From the human T2T-CHM13v2.0 reference genome, Homo sapiens, in NCBI RefSeq assembly GCF_009914755.1, contig NC_060931.1: 64,000 nt of DNA; one strand, written 5' to 3'. The position numbers and the translations under genes were made by a program. Positions 1 to 16,849 of the stretch are shown here, piece after piece (within the stretch, counting starts at the first letter, position 1; every line of letters begins with the position of its first letter). The notes under the pieces were generated by a model, which made no database searches, was not told where the DNA came from, and saw only the letters and a list, made by a program, of their open reading frames with translations.

Positions 1-2
1 AC

Positions 3-1952
<1,950 letters not shown>

Positions 1953-2060
1953 ACTATCGCAAGAACAAAAAACCAAACACCGCATATTCTCACTCATAGG
2001 TGGGAATTGAACAATGAGATCACATGGACACAGGAAGGGGAATATCACACTCTGGGGACT

Positions 2061-2087
2061 GTGGTGGGGTCGGGGGAGGGGGGAGGG
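2061..2087 (+). other. L1 3' UTR G-rich polypurine tract (G-quadruplex-forming)
   Basis: gtggtggggtcgggggaggggggaggg; a known feature of L1PA/L1HS 3' UTRs. Confidence 0.8.
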
Positions 2088-3529
2088 ATAGCATTGGGAG
2101 ATATACCTAATGCTAGATGACACATTAGTGGGTGCAGCGCACCAGCATGGCACATGTATACATATGTAACTAACCTGCACAATGTGCACATGTACCCTAA
2201 AACTTAGAGTATAATAAAAAAAAAAAAAAAAAAAGAAGTTTACGGATAAAAGAATGAGAAGTAGACTGACATTGTACTTTTCATTAACGTGTTGAATGCC
2301 TAAAGAATGGAAGGAAAATAAGCTTAAAATTTTGAATCTATGATAAAGAAAACTATTGATTAACCATATGCATATTTGACATTAAAATAATTCATAATTA
2401 GGACTAACAGATTTCTGGCTTAAAAAATCTAACAATTACTTTAAGAAGCAAAAGACATTTCCAGAATAAAGTAGGGGGATATATAGAAAAGTTGGTACCT
2501 TTTTTAAACAGAGTCTTCTTTTGTAAGGAAGTAGAATTTATTCATCAAAGGAGATTTATGAAAAGTATGGTGGTATAGTGAGTGGCCTCACTAGTTTTAA
2601 TGATTGATATTTGAATATAGCTTAGTCTTATAACAACTCCCCAAATAAAAATTTAAAATTCATTTGTATCCCTTTGATTTTCAGTGCTAAAAACTAGATT
2701 GTGAATGTCAAGGAAATATTTAAGTTATTTCTGAACTAATGTATTTGTAGAGAGAAGAAGGGAGTGTGCACGTGATCGAGAATTATGTTTTGAAAATAAA
2801 TGAATGATTGGCTATTAAAAAAATTTTTAAGCCTTAAAAAAAAAAAAAAAAGACACTGTATAAATGTTAGTTGTTTGAGCATTTTTGTATATACGTGTAT
2901 GTCCACACACATATACACAACATTTTAAAATAACATCAGTTATTTTCCCTCTTTTATGTTTTTATTTTCCTAATAATTCATACCAGTGATGTAAGATAGT
3001 GGTACCCAGACCCCATAATCTAAGAGGAATTTGTTGCCATTTGAACAAGGAATGTGTTGCCTCATTCATATTTTCAAAAGGATATAAATACATTGTTGTA
3101 TATCTTTAGGGGAAATATATATTCAGTATTTTAACCAGAGTTCTCACTGCTGTGTTCCCACATTGTTAATATCAGGTAGTTTGCCTAGATGTTCACAGTA
3201 GAAGTACAGGGATGTAGAAACATGGTCTTTCTTCCCAAAGAAGTCATTTTTCTTTAAAATTTGTGAAATAAATGAATTAATTGAGTCAGCCTTTAACATA
3301 GTAATCCATTTTGCATTATTCAGCTTTGATTGAAAGAGACAGAGAAAATATGTTTTGTCGGGGGGTGGGGAGAATGGGAGATAGAGATTTCTCAGAATTA
3401 ACAGGGTGCTCTATAGCTCAATAAGAGGCCCTGTATATACAGCAGGATAGATTTGTAGTTAGTTAAGGAAATCTTAAGTCTAAAGGTTGTAATTCCCTTA
3501 GAATTCCTGTAAGTTAATTGTTTTTCCCC

Positions 3530-3625
3530 CACTGTAATGCATACCCTTGAAAGGCAGGAACCTTCTGTTTATCATTGTATCCCAAGGGCCTATCATAAGC
3601 ACCTGGTAACCAATAAATGTTGAAC
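3530..3625 (+). mobile_element. L2 3' end fragment
   Basis: ccccttgaaaggcaggaacc...tgtatccc...aataaatgttgaa resembles the L2 terminus. Confidence 0.55.
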
Positions 3626-3906
3626 TGATATATGAAATTTTCCTGATCTTAGAGATTAAGTATTATCCTCATGGTCTAGGGGAATAAAACATCCACACGT
3701 CCAAACCATAGTAATTCTGTTTCCATATTCTGCTATCTATGGGTTTCATTATTTTAAGTATTCTAAACTTACAGAGAGCAAGACTAATACTTTAAAATTT
3801 TATTTTGGTCTATAGGGAAAAAAAAAGGTTATTTGAGTTTGGTGACTGTGTCCATCACTTTGGTTTACCACTGAATTCACAGCAGATACTAAGAAGTATC
3901 TGCATT

Positions 3907-4195
3907 GTTTTGTTTGGTTTGGTTGGGTTTTTAAAACAGGGTCTTGCTGTGTCACCCAGGCTGGAGTGCAGTGGCATGATCATAGCCCACTGCAACCTCA
4001 AACCCAGAGTGAATGGATCTTCCTGCCTCAGCCTCCCAAGAAGCTGGGACTTCAGGAATGCACCATTTGTGCCTGGCTAATTTTTATTTTTTTATTTTTT
4101 GTAGACATGGGATCTCACTGTATTGCCCAGGCTGGTCTTGAACTCTTAGCCTCAGGTGACCCTCCTGCCTCTGTCTCCTGAGTAGCTGCAATCAC
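3907..4195 (-). mobile_element. AluJ
   Basis: Reverse Alu: acagggtcttgctgtgtcacccaggctggagtgcagtggcatgatcatagc; strongly diverged. Confidence 0.85.
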
Positions 4196-4274
4196 TTAAT
4201 CCTTTAATAGTCCCACCAATCTATTATTATCTCTGTTTGACAACTTATGAAACTGAGGTCAGATAGGGCAAATG

Positions 4275-4625
4275 CAGTCATGCACCATATAACAACGTGT
4301 CAGTCAACAACAGACCACATATATAGTGGAGATCCAATAAATTATAATAACATATTTTTACAGTACTTTTCTGTATTTAGACACACAAATACTTGCCATT
4401 ATGTTACAGTACTGTACTACATAGGCAACTATGCTATTCAGTACAGTAACATGCTGTAGAGGTTTGTAGCCTAGGAGCAATAGGCTATACCATAGAGCCT
4501 AGGTGTATAGCAGACTGTACAATCTAGGTTTTTGTAAGTATACTCTATGAAGTTTGCACAGCAACGAGATCACTTAACAATACATTTCTCAGAACGTATG
4601 CCCATTGTTAAGCAAAGCGAGACTG
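4275..4625 (+). mobile_element. Tigger3a (MER7A-type) non-autonomous DNA transposon, inserted in a MIR
   Basis: Termini cagtcatgc... and ...gcgagactg form TIRs, with TA/TG flanks. Internal sequence is shared with the 22.2-23.9 kb element. MIR-like sequence on both sides. Confidence 0.8.
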
Positions 4626-6354
4626 TAATTGACCTAAGGTCACACAGTTAACAAGTAGTGAGGTTTTAAACTAAGGCCTTTGACCAGTGCTCTTGATCAT
4701 TACAGAGTGGTACCAACATGGTAGCATAAGCTTTAAGAGGAGGGAAAACTTGGTTCCCGTGGCTTTATCAGGGAAGACTTCTTAGAGGAGGTAGCAGTTA
4801 AGCTAGCCCTTAAAGAATAAGTCTTATCTTGAACTGAATGTATGCTAGAGTCAGAATTATAGAGGATTAGATTCAGAATAAAAGGCCATCTGTTTCAAGT
4901 TCCTAATTTGCAGAGGAGAAAACTGGGATCTGTGAGGTTAAATAACTTGTTGTAGGACATATGGCTAATTAAGTGGCATTAGAACTGTTCTCTTCCCTCC
5001 TCTATCCTGTGTTATTCCCTGTCCCCCTCCGTTAATGCACACTAGCTCATGTTAAGTCTGTTTTTTCATCAACACTTTCTAATAAGAGTTCCTAAAAACA
5101 TTTTACAGCTTGAAAGTGGAGGCTTTCTTGTGTATCTATGTATGGTGATGAGGTTAAACCAGGAAAGGGTCAGGGCAGGCATGGAAGGAGATACTAGAGA
5201 TACGTGGAGACATGGAGAGACAGACCTTTTCTATCTGTTTTTTGTTTTTTTTTCCTAGCATTTTACTTTATTGTTACATCTGTTTCCTTCCATAAGTATA
5301 GATAATTGAGTGTTGAGAGAAAGGGGACAAATGAAATTCTAATGAGAAAAAAATGATTTAAAATTCCACAAAATCTATGGAATTTCAGCCTCTTAAGTAA
5401 CCTGGGATGTTTTTAACTTTCACTAATGTTTATTAGCCAGTGTCCTTCCTGCCACCCACCTACAAGGATGTCTCAAGGATGAAATGAGGTCATATATGTG
5501 AATACACACTTAGGATACAACTGCCATGTATTGGCAGTCTTGTCTGTTCCCTGGGCCTACACTGTTCCTTGCCTCAAAATGTAGTACTATCAGGTAGTGT
5601 TGATGTTTCATTAGCCAAGTGGTTATATCAGATTTATGTACTGCTAAACAATTGATCTGGGACTTGGGTAAATACTCATTGGAAAAACATTTGTTGTATT
5701 CTGAGTGCTCCCTGTTAATCTTCTCCTCCTCAGATAGCAAGCTAGATCTGGGACTTAAGGTGGATTTTTTTCCTTATTTTTTTTTCCTTTGTTTTACCCA
5801 ATGATTGAAAATATAAAACTAAACCTTTTTCAGTAAAGTCTGAATCAGCAGATACTTACATTACTTTGGCATAGGCTTTTTATAGACTAGCTAGAAGAAT
5901 ACAGTAATTAGCATATGCATTTCCTCATTAAAATGTCATTAGTGAAGGCTTTGTTCTTTTAAGGTCCTTCAAATAAGGTTTATTGCATTGCATTCCATCA
6001 CTAATATTTTACCAGGAGTCAGATATCTTACTTAGGTGTGTTGAAGCAAGGGTTACTTTGGACTTTCTATAGGGTAATGACCTAAGAGCAGACCTGGACA
6101 CACATAAATCTCTATGCTTACATTGGGTGGGCCCTACTTTATGTACTAGTAATAATTACCAGTCTCTTCTCACACTGTCCATTCAGAATCCTTTGGATAT
6201 ATAGACATTTAGCAAACCTAGACTTGTTTGAAAGAATAAACTGTTATCTGCACTAAACTGTTTTCCTTGGTTATCTTGGTAGGATTTGATTTGAAAAAAA
6301 TGTATGAAGAATTAGAAGAAAAGAAATTTATAATGTACTATAATCATTTGAGAT

Positions 6355-6580
6355 ACAGTATTATGCAGGAGTAAGAATACAGGCTTTAGAATCAGACCAT
6401 TGAGGATTCAAATTCTTGCTTCATCATTTACTGGTTGTGTAACTTTGTGATACTTAGCCTTTATAAACCTCAATTGTCTGAATGTAATACGGAAATATGA
6501 GTGGTCCATACCTTATAGGAATGTTTGAGAATTCAGTTAGATTATGCATGTAAAGTATTTAGCACTGCTGCCTGGAATAT
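6355..6580 (+). mobile_element. MIR
   Basis: ggctttagaatcagac...ttcaaattcttgcttc...tgtgtaacttt...atgtaaagtatttagcac matches the MIR core. Confidence 0.7.
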
Positions 6581-6594
6581 ATGATCTATTATTA

Positions 6595-6975
<381 letters not shown>

Positions 6976-7389
6976 CTACACATCTTTGACTTAAGAAATC
7001 CTAACATGAAATTTCAAAACAAGTAAGAAGGTATTTAAGGAGTGGTCATTAATATCATTAATTGGCTTAAGGCAAACTTTCTTTAAAAAGTCACACACAT
7101 GGTGTATTCAAAATAAACTACTTCACTTAATCATTTTAACATTTCTGCTATGCAGCGTGACTAGCAACTTGAAGGAGCAAGTTAGGAAATGCCTTTGATG
7201 ACCCCATGACATCACTATGTTATTAAATAACTGGAAATAAACTGAAAATTATGGGATAGTCTTTAAGGCTTTCATGACATTTCAGCATTTTAGGGTTGCA
7301 GTATTCCAAGGACTTTTAGAGTAATTGCATGTCATCCTTTGTGTGTTGTGGGCAAATTTGGGTTAGCTAAAAGTTGGTCAGTTAAAAAA

Positions 7390-8600
7390 AATTTATATTA
7401 AGCATCTACTCTGAGCCAGGCATTGTTCTTTTTTGCTGTGAATATAGTGCTGAACAAGAACAGAAGCCTTGCTGTCAAAGACGTAACATTCCAGGGTAAG
7501 AAAATAGATAACTCATAAAGAAGGAAATGATTAATTCAGATACTTGTGAGGCTATGGAGAAGATAACCTAGGCTAACGTGATAGAGATGGGTGGTGAGGA
7601 TGTGAGTTAAGGGGAGGCCTTTTGCAGGTTGTTGGGAGGAGATGCAAGTGTTCCAAGCAGAAGAAAGAAGAAGTACAAAGTCCCTGATACACTAACAATC
7701 TTGGTGTGTTCAAGGGACAGGAAAAAGGCCGGTGTGGCTGGAATTTGGTGTTCAAAGCAAGAGAGGAGAGATAAAGGAAGATGAGTCATGCAGAGCCTTT
7801 TGAAGGCTGTGGGTAAAATGTATGTTATACGGAACTTAGTTCTAAATCTAGTTGCAGTGGATTAACCTGGAGAGTGATGCAAACTGAGTTTTACTCTGGA
7901 AAAACACTGTGACTGTTGTGTGGAGAATATGCTCCCAAGTGTAGAAACTAGATCACCTTGCATGGGCCAAGAGAGATGGTGGTAGTTTAAGACTAGGATT
8001 GTAGCAGTGAAATGTAAAGTGGTTGCATTCGGACATATTTTGGATAGAGATTTGACAGGAGGTAGGTGGATTGGACATGGGATGTAAAGTAAAAAGAGGA
8101 AGCAAGGATGACTTCCAGGAGTTTAGCTTGAGCAGCTGGATGGCTGATATCATGTGTAGGCATAGGGAAAGGTTGTATGAGGAAGAATTTATAGGGTGTG
8201 AGGGTGTGAAGCAGGGAATAATTTTGTTTTGACATGTTATGAAAGAAATGCCAATTGACGGCTAAGAAAAGATGTCATCTGGGCAGGTAAAGAATCTAGG
8301 AGATTGGGAAAATGTCCAGCGTGGAGGTATAAATGTGAAAACCATCAGCATATGGGATTGAAAGCTATGGGGCTGTTTGGATTCCCTAGGAAGAGAATAT
8401 AAATAAAGAAGGGGGCTGAGAACAGAGTCTCATTTATAATATCCTGATAAGGAAGAAGACCCAGTGAAGGAGATGAAGAAGGAGAAGCCAGTGATGTAAC
8501 ACAAGCATGGATCATGGCAAAAGAGAAAAAGGTGTTTCATAAACAAGGATGCTTGGTATGGCCACCTGTGTCAGTACTGTGAAGTTGAATATGATCAGGA
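7390..8600 (-). mobile_element. L2 (L2a-like) 3' region
   Basis: Starts with the reverse of the L2 tail (ttattaagcatctactctgagccaggcattgtt), followed by the typical purine-rich antisense L2 body. Confidence 0.75.
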
Positions 8601-10238
8601 CAAATAATATTAATTGGGGCTTTATATTTCTCCTTTACTACAACCGATTAATGAAACAAAAAATTAACCTAGCACCCAAGGTGTTTCTTATAGTTGGTCT
8701 CTCCAGTCTGTTTTAGTATCATTTGTTAGTTATTTCCCCAAACTAATGTTTAGCTTCTTTCTCCAAAAAGAATATATTTTTTTTCCTGGTTCTGCTTGTT
8801 GGAATCCCCCCCTCCACCATGATATAAAAGTAATGGGGCTTATTGTAAGAAAACAGAAAATACAAGAAAATAAGGGACAAGATTTTTAAAAATGGATTCA
8901 ATTCTGGGAACAACAAATGACATTGGGGTATAGGAATTAAACCGTGTGCATTCTGTCTCTCACCCCAATTTTATAGTCATTTGCTGGGGACCTTTTCTCC
9001 CCAGGGTACTTGCATAGCTTTTGTCAAGAATAACCCTTCTCACTTCCCCACCTCCTTCTTCTACATGCAGATGCAGCACTTTTCTGGGTAAAGTTTTAGC
9101 AATGCCTTCCTTCTAAAATGAAAGCATTTTCTCCTCACGATTAGCATCTGTTTATAGAATAGTTCGTATTTTCGTAATTAGATCCTGCATAGAAATGCAA
9201 AGGCTGCTGTGTAAAAGGATAATGAATCTTTATTGCACAGTTGAAATCAGATTTGTGCAAAAGGCACTTTGAAAACAGTAATAAGCAGAGACATGTATTA
9301 AATCACCCAGATAAGGCACCCACTTTATATTTTCTATTTATAAATGGAAATTATGACTACCCAGTGGATTCCATATGACATTTCCTATTACCAGCAAAGG
9401 TTTTTAGCTTTGACCATAAAAGTTATCTAAATTCAAAAGCCTCTGTGGATTCATGGCTCTAAGAATACTTCTGGAAGGGGCCAAGACAGAGTGGAAAGGG
9501 TCCTTTGTCTTTTTCTTTTGTGTGTGTATGCACTCTGCAGAGGGGAAGGTTAGCAAGTGGTAGAAGAAAGAAGCCATTTGAAATAACCATGATAAGATCT
9601 AATCAGGAAACCCAGTGTCCATTACACACATGTGGTAACATTTTAAGACTCTTCTGGTTGGGCTCCTTGAGAACCAAGCTCGTGTTCTTATAAGCTCATC
9701 CTTATATTTTCCCATTGTATGCATCGTTGCATGGCAAACACAGGATTTATTCCCAAGCTAAACCTGTCTCTTGGGGTTTCTTATCTTTTACCTCCTTGGT
9801 GAGCCTCGGGAAGCTAGAGCATTGCTCTATGGAGAAAGGAGGGTGGCATTGGGAGGAAGGGTAGGAAAAACATTATTGGGAAGCAGAGAAAGTCAATGTC
9901 AAATGAACTGCCAAGGATGAATATTATGGCTGCTGGGAGCCTCGGAGAGTATCGTGTGTCTTATGTGTCTATTTCACAGTCGGTGCTTCATGTGAGATGG
10001 CAGTCTCGCCTGGACCGTGCTTAGTATCGATTTACTCTCAGGCATGCCAGACCATTTTAGCATTGCTGAAGGAAGGAAATCCTATGTATTTCCCCTTATA
10101 AACAGACATATCAAAAGTGTATCTTTTAAACCTTTTTCTTTCTGTCTTCTTACTGTTCTTTCTGTCTTACTGTAACTCCTCCTCCCTCCCTGATTTAAAA
10201 GAATTTTTTTTTTTTTTTTAAAAGAAAAAAGACTTTCT

Positions 10239-10876
<638 letters not shown>

Positions 10877-11834
10877 TTATACAGAGAACAAATTGAGTAG
10901 ACTTTTTTAGAATGATAGAGTGTCAGTAACTACTCATACCTGTGGGGGAAAGAAAAAGGCTTCAAACTTTGCACACTTCTAGCCCTTCCATGAAAATAGA
11001 AGGACCTTATTTGAGGCTAGTTTTGTGGTGGTGGGATCTGAGCACTGCTGAGTGTTAACAAAAGGGAATAAATTGATGCCAAATTTAGAGACCAAAAATG
11101 CCATCATTTTCACCTGCCTGAACTCTTCTGTTGTTTTCCCTAGTTGCTGCCTTGCGCTTTTTCCGCAGTACAGGGAGAGAAATCAGTTGTCTGGCTGTCT
11201 AAACTCACGGCATCTGCTTAGCAGTTTCACCAGCTCATAGTTGGGACTCATCCCTCTGTCAGAATCCTTTGCTCCATTAGAAGGGAGACTGGGACCACGT
11301 TCCTGAATTGATTTGCATACTTCTACGTTACCTAGCTCAGACAACATATGGCCATGTGGAGCACTTGGATTTATTTCTGTTTCCTCAAATTAAATTCCTA
11401 AAAAATTGGATAACTCCACAGTTTGTTTGGTGTTACAAAAAATTTTAGTTCCTTTTTTGGTCGGCAAAGCAACACAATTTTGGCATTAAAAAAAAATCTC
11501 TGGATTACTTTAAAAAGAGTGTTGATTTGATTTGCTTCCCCTCTTCTCTTACCCCTTTCAGGAAAAAAAAAAATGTATGTTGAATCTTAAAACACTGCAT
11601 CATGTTGCAAAATGTCCATTTAGGCACACTGAATAGAAAGTATCATCGAGTCATTTTTATTCTTGTAATTCAGTAATCTTGTATCTTTTGCCTTTTTCTT
11701 TTTCCTTAATGTTAATTGTGTAACTAAATGTCTCAAACTTGGGACTTTTCACTTTACACATCCATGTGTAAAAATACATAGATACATACAGTCAGATAGA
11801 AGAAATAAGACTCAGTGTTAATAGATCAGTGGTT

Positions 11835-12050
11835 GGGGTGGGGGAACTATACTTAACAATAGTATGTTGTACATTTCACAGTAGCCAAAAGAGAACAATT
11901 CAAATGTTCTTAACATAAAGAAAAGATAAATATATCAGGTGATAGGCATTCTAATTACTCTGATTTGATCTTCCCACATTATATAAATGTATCAAATTAT
12001 CACGTACTCCCCATTAATAATACTGTATATCAACGAATTTTTTTAAAAAA
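11835..12050 (+). mobile_element. L1MA-type 3' end fragment
   Basis: aacaatagtatgttgtacatttc...ttctaacataaagaaaagataaat...gatttgatc resembles the L1MA 3' UTR. Confidence 0.6.
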
Positions 12051-12115
12051 AGAAATAGATATCATACAATGAATAACTGGATTAATGTGAAATGATAGAA
12101 AAAGTTACCATTTTA

Positions 12116-12424
12116 GGCTGGATGTGGTGACCCACGCCTGTAATACCAGTACTTTGTGAGTCTGAGGCAGTAGGATTGCTTGAGGCCAGGAGTTTGAGAC
12201 CAGCCTGGTTAACGATACAAGACCCCCTTTCTAAAAAAAAAAAAAAAAAAGCCAAGTGCAGCAGCATATGCCTGTAGTCCCAACTACTGAGGGCATAGAG
12301 GTAGGAGGATCATGGATCACTGGATCACTTGAGGAGTTTGAAGTTGCAGGAAGCTATGATCCTATCACTGCACTCCAGCCGAGGTGACAGAGCAGCAAGA
12401 CCCTGTCTCAAAAAAAAAAAAAAA
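12116..12424 (+). mobile_element. AluJ
   Basis: Diverged dimer; TSD aaaagttac(c/t)atttta. Confidence 0.88.
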
Positions 12425-12629
12425 AGTTACTATTTTAAATGCACTTCAACTTTGAACAGTACTAATGTATGAAAATCATCTTGTCTTCTTTAGGAAATTC
12501 TTTGTTGCCTAAATTAGGGATAGGTATCATACACTGGAATGAGCTCTAAAACGATGGCTCTTGCTATGGGAAACAGTTTTATTTGGGTACTCATGTCTTC
12601 TCTCTTAAGGGATCTTAGGAAGAGGCTAC

Positions 12630-12860
12630 ATGGTAAAGAAGAAATAGCATGGGCTTTAGAGTCAAGAGGCCTGAGTTTTAATTCTCAGGCTTTATTTGTC
12701 CTTCTGCAGTGGCCTTAGCAAATATTATAACCTCCCTAAAGTTAGAGTTATTGTAATTGTCGTACATACAATGTTATCATAAGAAAACAGTGAGATAACA
12801 GATATCAAAGTACCTGGGCAGTGTTTGACACTTGGTGGTCTATAAATATAAATATCATTT
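12630..12860 (+). mobile_element. MIR
   Basis: gcatgggctttagagtcaagaggcctgagtttt...taacctccctaa...aaagtacctgggcagtg. Confidence 0.55.
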
Positions 12861-13873
12861 CATTCCTGAAGGTAACTGCAGCACTTTTGAAAGGCTGGTT
12901 TGATGCTAACACAGGAGGATTAGACCTAATTATATATTTCTAAGGTCTTAGAAATGGGGAGCTAGGTTTTTCAGACAATATACTGTATTTTGTTTTTCCT
13001 CCCTTTTGCTTTAAAACAGAAGGCAATTTGTTTCAAACTCTGTGCTCCAAACTGGTGGCTTAATTAGGCAAGTTTATTGACTGTCACAGAGGCTGTGGTT
13101 AAAAACTGGCAAATATCATGTGACTATATTAGTATCTCTGAGCAAATAAAGGGAAAAGACAGGATTCCACCCAACCACATTTTTTTCTTTCTCTTTTCTC
13201 CCAAGCTCATTCTTGCACTGCAACATTCCACTTATAATCTGTTAATTAAATCATTTCACTCCATTTTATATAATTTTTAATTTAGCATTCATTTTCAACT
13301 TAGCTTTTGGCTTCATTTACTGATAATAAACAGTGTTGCATACAACACATGTTCCACAAAACACTCAGTCACACACATACAGATGCCAATAATTTTTTCC
13401 AGTATGTCAGGCATATTAAAATTAAAGGCAGCATCTCCCCTCACCCTTTCCATTACTGAATGTGCACCCTGTTTGAATAATACATACTCCCCGACAGCCA
13501 GCAGTGGTCTAATGTGTAAAAATTATGTGTAGCGTGTCACTAGTACCTTTTTTTAAATTCGTGGTTTTCTCAGACATGCTCTGTGGAAGGTTTCTGGAAT
13601 GGTCACTTCGATACCTTGGATCTGTATATTTGGCTTAATGTATACAAACAGTAATATTTTCTAGACTTATTACTTTATGGGTTTATAGCTATGTGATAGT
13701 TATTGAGAAAGAAAACTCTAGTGTAGCATTCAAATTACTTTTCTTGTAGCTTATTTTTTGAATCATAGTCTGAATTCTAAATATATGAATATCTTTAACC
13801 GTAGATGATATCCAGAAGTTTCCAAGACTGCAAGCTCAGGGGTTTATGGACCACTTTTAAAAGATAGATACTA

Positions 13874-14219
<346 letters not shown>

Positions 14220-14299
14220 TTACCTTGTCTGCTCCTGCATATTATTTGTCTCCTCATAATTAGCAAAGTTCCACAGGGCCAGATATCACCAAATATGAA

Positions 14300-14630
14300 T
14301 AGTAGATTTTATTCTAAGGTCAGTGAGAACTGAAGAATGTTAGGGGCTGACTCAATCAGATTTGTTTGTATTTATATTTGGAAAAATATTACTCTCCGGA
14401 GAATGTTTTGGAATGTTTGGCAGGGTGGTTGGAGAGACATACTACAGGAAAGAAATGATGGTAACTTAGTTGGCAGTGGGAAAAGTGAGTAGTGAATTAC
14501 TCAGAGCTCTTTGGGGGTGAAATGGACTGGACTTATATCAGTTGAACTTGAGAAAAGGAGAAGCATCAAGGATGATGTAACTTTTAGGTTTCTGGCTTGA
14601 GCAGTTGTGTAGGTGGTAGTAATTTTTCAT
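14300..14630 (-). mobile_element. L2 fragment
   Basis: agcatcaaggatgat...ggtttctggcttgagcagttg resembles the antisense L2 at 8.1 kb. Confidence 0.5.
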
Positions 14631-15296
14631 GGTGAAGATGATGAAATACTTTTTGTACCTGTCTCATGATTGCTTTCTGTACATCAAGGTCAGAGGTCAT
14701 AAGCTCATAAAATGCTTGGTATTAGAATTCTTACATAAAGGATGTCTTCTGTTTTAGTTTAGTAATACAATTTGGCTTAAATCACAGACTTTCTCTAATC
14801 TTTGTTTTGATTGTCATCTGCCGAGAGCTTAAGACAGCAACTCACAGGTTGGCCCATTGAGAATCTGACAAATGAAAAATTATAAAAAAAATTCAGAATC
14901 CCTATATTGTAGCCCAACTTTCTTTAGCACTTCTATCCTTGAATGCTAGGGCAGTGTTGTATACTGTGAAGATCTTTGTAGATTTTTCTACTCTGTAACA
15001 TTTTAATAGTTCCATTTTGGGGTATTACAGCTGTTCAGTCCTCCCCATACCTCAAATTATAGTTAGTCTCCTTCAAGTCCCAAATTTCCAGTGTACATAT
15101 GTTTCATCTTATGTTTAATCTGGACAGAGTGTTGGAACGAAATATGGACCCTGAAAGGTGTATGACGGGCTTGAAGTCTCAGCCCTACTACTTGCTTAAT
15201 GTTTGATTTGCTAATCCAAACAATTATAATCTGTTAATTAAATCATTTCACTCCATTTCATATAATTTTTAATTTAGCATTCATTTTCAACTTAGC

Positions 15297-15748
15297 AGAT
15301 GCTCCTGGTGTCCCACCCATACCCCTCTTTCCCTTCCACTTTAGTTCACAATGGCCCTCCTTCCTCCCGCTAGGCCTTATATTCATTCATCTTCAGGGTT
15401 TGTCTAGTCAATGAATTCTGCTTTGCCTAAGGAGTAGGCAGGAAGTAGGTGAAATGAACTGCTACCTGAGCAACCCACAGTCAATGACTAATGAGAGTTG
15501 TTGTATAAATACACCAGCTTCCTTGCTTCTTAAGTGGGATAACTTTGAGGTATACATTCTACACTGGCTTCCGGAGTCCTCCCAGTGGCATTTGCTTCTA
15601 GTTGCCCATAGTGGTAGTTGGCTGAATAATTACATACCCTTTATTCCCTGTCTGCTGTCATGATCTTACTTTCCCAGTCTCCTGCTATTGTTTACCTCCT
15701 AAATAAACTTCTCATTGTCTGCTTCTGGGAGAACCCCAGACTAAGACA
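15297..15748 (+). mobile_element. LTR16-family (ERVL) solo LTR, 5' end missing
   Basis: gatgctcctggtgtcccacccatacccct... at the start; aataaa...gcttctgggagaaccccagactaagaca at the 3' end. Confidence 0.7.
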
Positions 15749-15789
15749 ACCACTGCGAACATTGGTTTCCTCATCTTTATTTATTATTA

Positions 15790-15890
15790 CTGTTTTTTGA
15801 GACAGAATCTTGCGCTGTCACCCAGGCTGGAGTGCAGTGGCACGATCTCAGCTCACTGTGACCTCCACCTCCCAGGTTCAAGCAATTTTC
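15790..15890 (-). mobile_element. Truncated Alu (right-arm 3' part)
   Basis: ttttttgagacagaatcttgcgctgtcacccaggctgg...caagcaatt. Confidence 0.85.
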
Positions 15891-16329
15891 GTGTTTCTGT
15901 GGGACGTCTTACATAGGCGTATTTTTTTTTTCCGGCTACTACCACTATTTGGACTAATTATTCTGAAATTTTACTTGCCAAGTTTCAGCTTTTATTAGCA
16001 AGAAAAAATGTTATGTCCACAGTTTAGAATAAAATCACAGAGAAGAAAAGTTGGATGAGGATATTGGTTTGCAGTCTTCTGTCTGTGTTTCTGTCTTCTG
16101 AGCATTCACAGATGTTCCTATCCTTCTTTCCACTGGTGTTCACATAACCTGGGATCTTGTGTTGTATGCAGTCACTCTCAAGGTAGGAACTGGAAGATAA
16201 AGTATGTGGGTGACATGGACTACTTAGAAGGAAACTGAAGTTTACATGTTGAGCCCAATTAGAAGCAGCTGAAGAGAGGAGAGAAAAAATTAACTGAGAA
16301 GTTTAATAGGCACTTAGAGCATGGCGAAT

Positions 16330-16849
16330 AAAGCTGAGTGGCACCCACTTTTCATTTCCTAGTTCATTCTAGTTGTGCTTTTTTAACTGCAAAGACTAAA
16401 AAACGAAAGCCTTTATTTCCCAGTCTGTCTTGCAGCTAGGATTCTGGGTGTGAATCAGGTATATTTGCTCAAGATTTGGAAGGTCGACATGAGGTAAAGG
16501 TTATTCATCTTCAGCTTTAGCTCTTTTTATCTGATTAGCCAGGGCAGGAGAAGTATGATTTTTCTGTGGTGATGTTTCAGTTTTCAACTCAGCTTCCTAG
16601 ATGTTGAAAGGCAGTTATGATGCGATTTCCTGATCCCAGGTTGCAGCTTCGCTAGTGCATTTGTAGCTGGGCTGCTGCAACAATGGACTTCTGTTTATGG
16701 CAGAAGAAAGGCCATACTTTAACCTTGTCTAGTGATTTTTTGTAAGAGGTTGGTTCTCTGTATTAAATCACTTCCTACAGAAAATTTCTTAAGTGTTTTC
16801 TGGTTTTTGTTTGTTTGTTTGTTTGTTTTTACCAGAACCCTAACTGATA
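16330..16849 (+). mobile_element. LTR33-like (ERVL) LTR
   Basis: actgcaaagactaaaaa...atttcccagtctgtcttgcagctaggattctggg; ends accagaaccctaactgata. Confidence 0.6.

Noticed and set aside
2231-2250. TSD of the L1HS
   Set aside because: The 5' junction is outside the window, so the TSD cannot be defined.
10136-10172. Short tandem duplications here and at ~23921, ~27110, ~33555, ~43090 and ~60531
   Set aside because: Ordinary slippage-type micro-duplications with no further structure.
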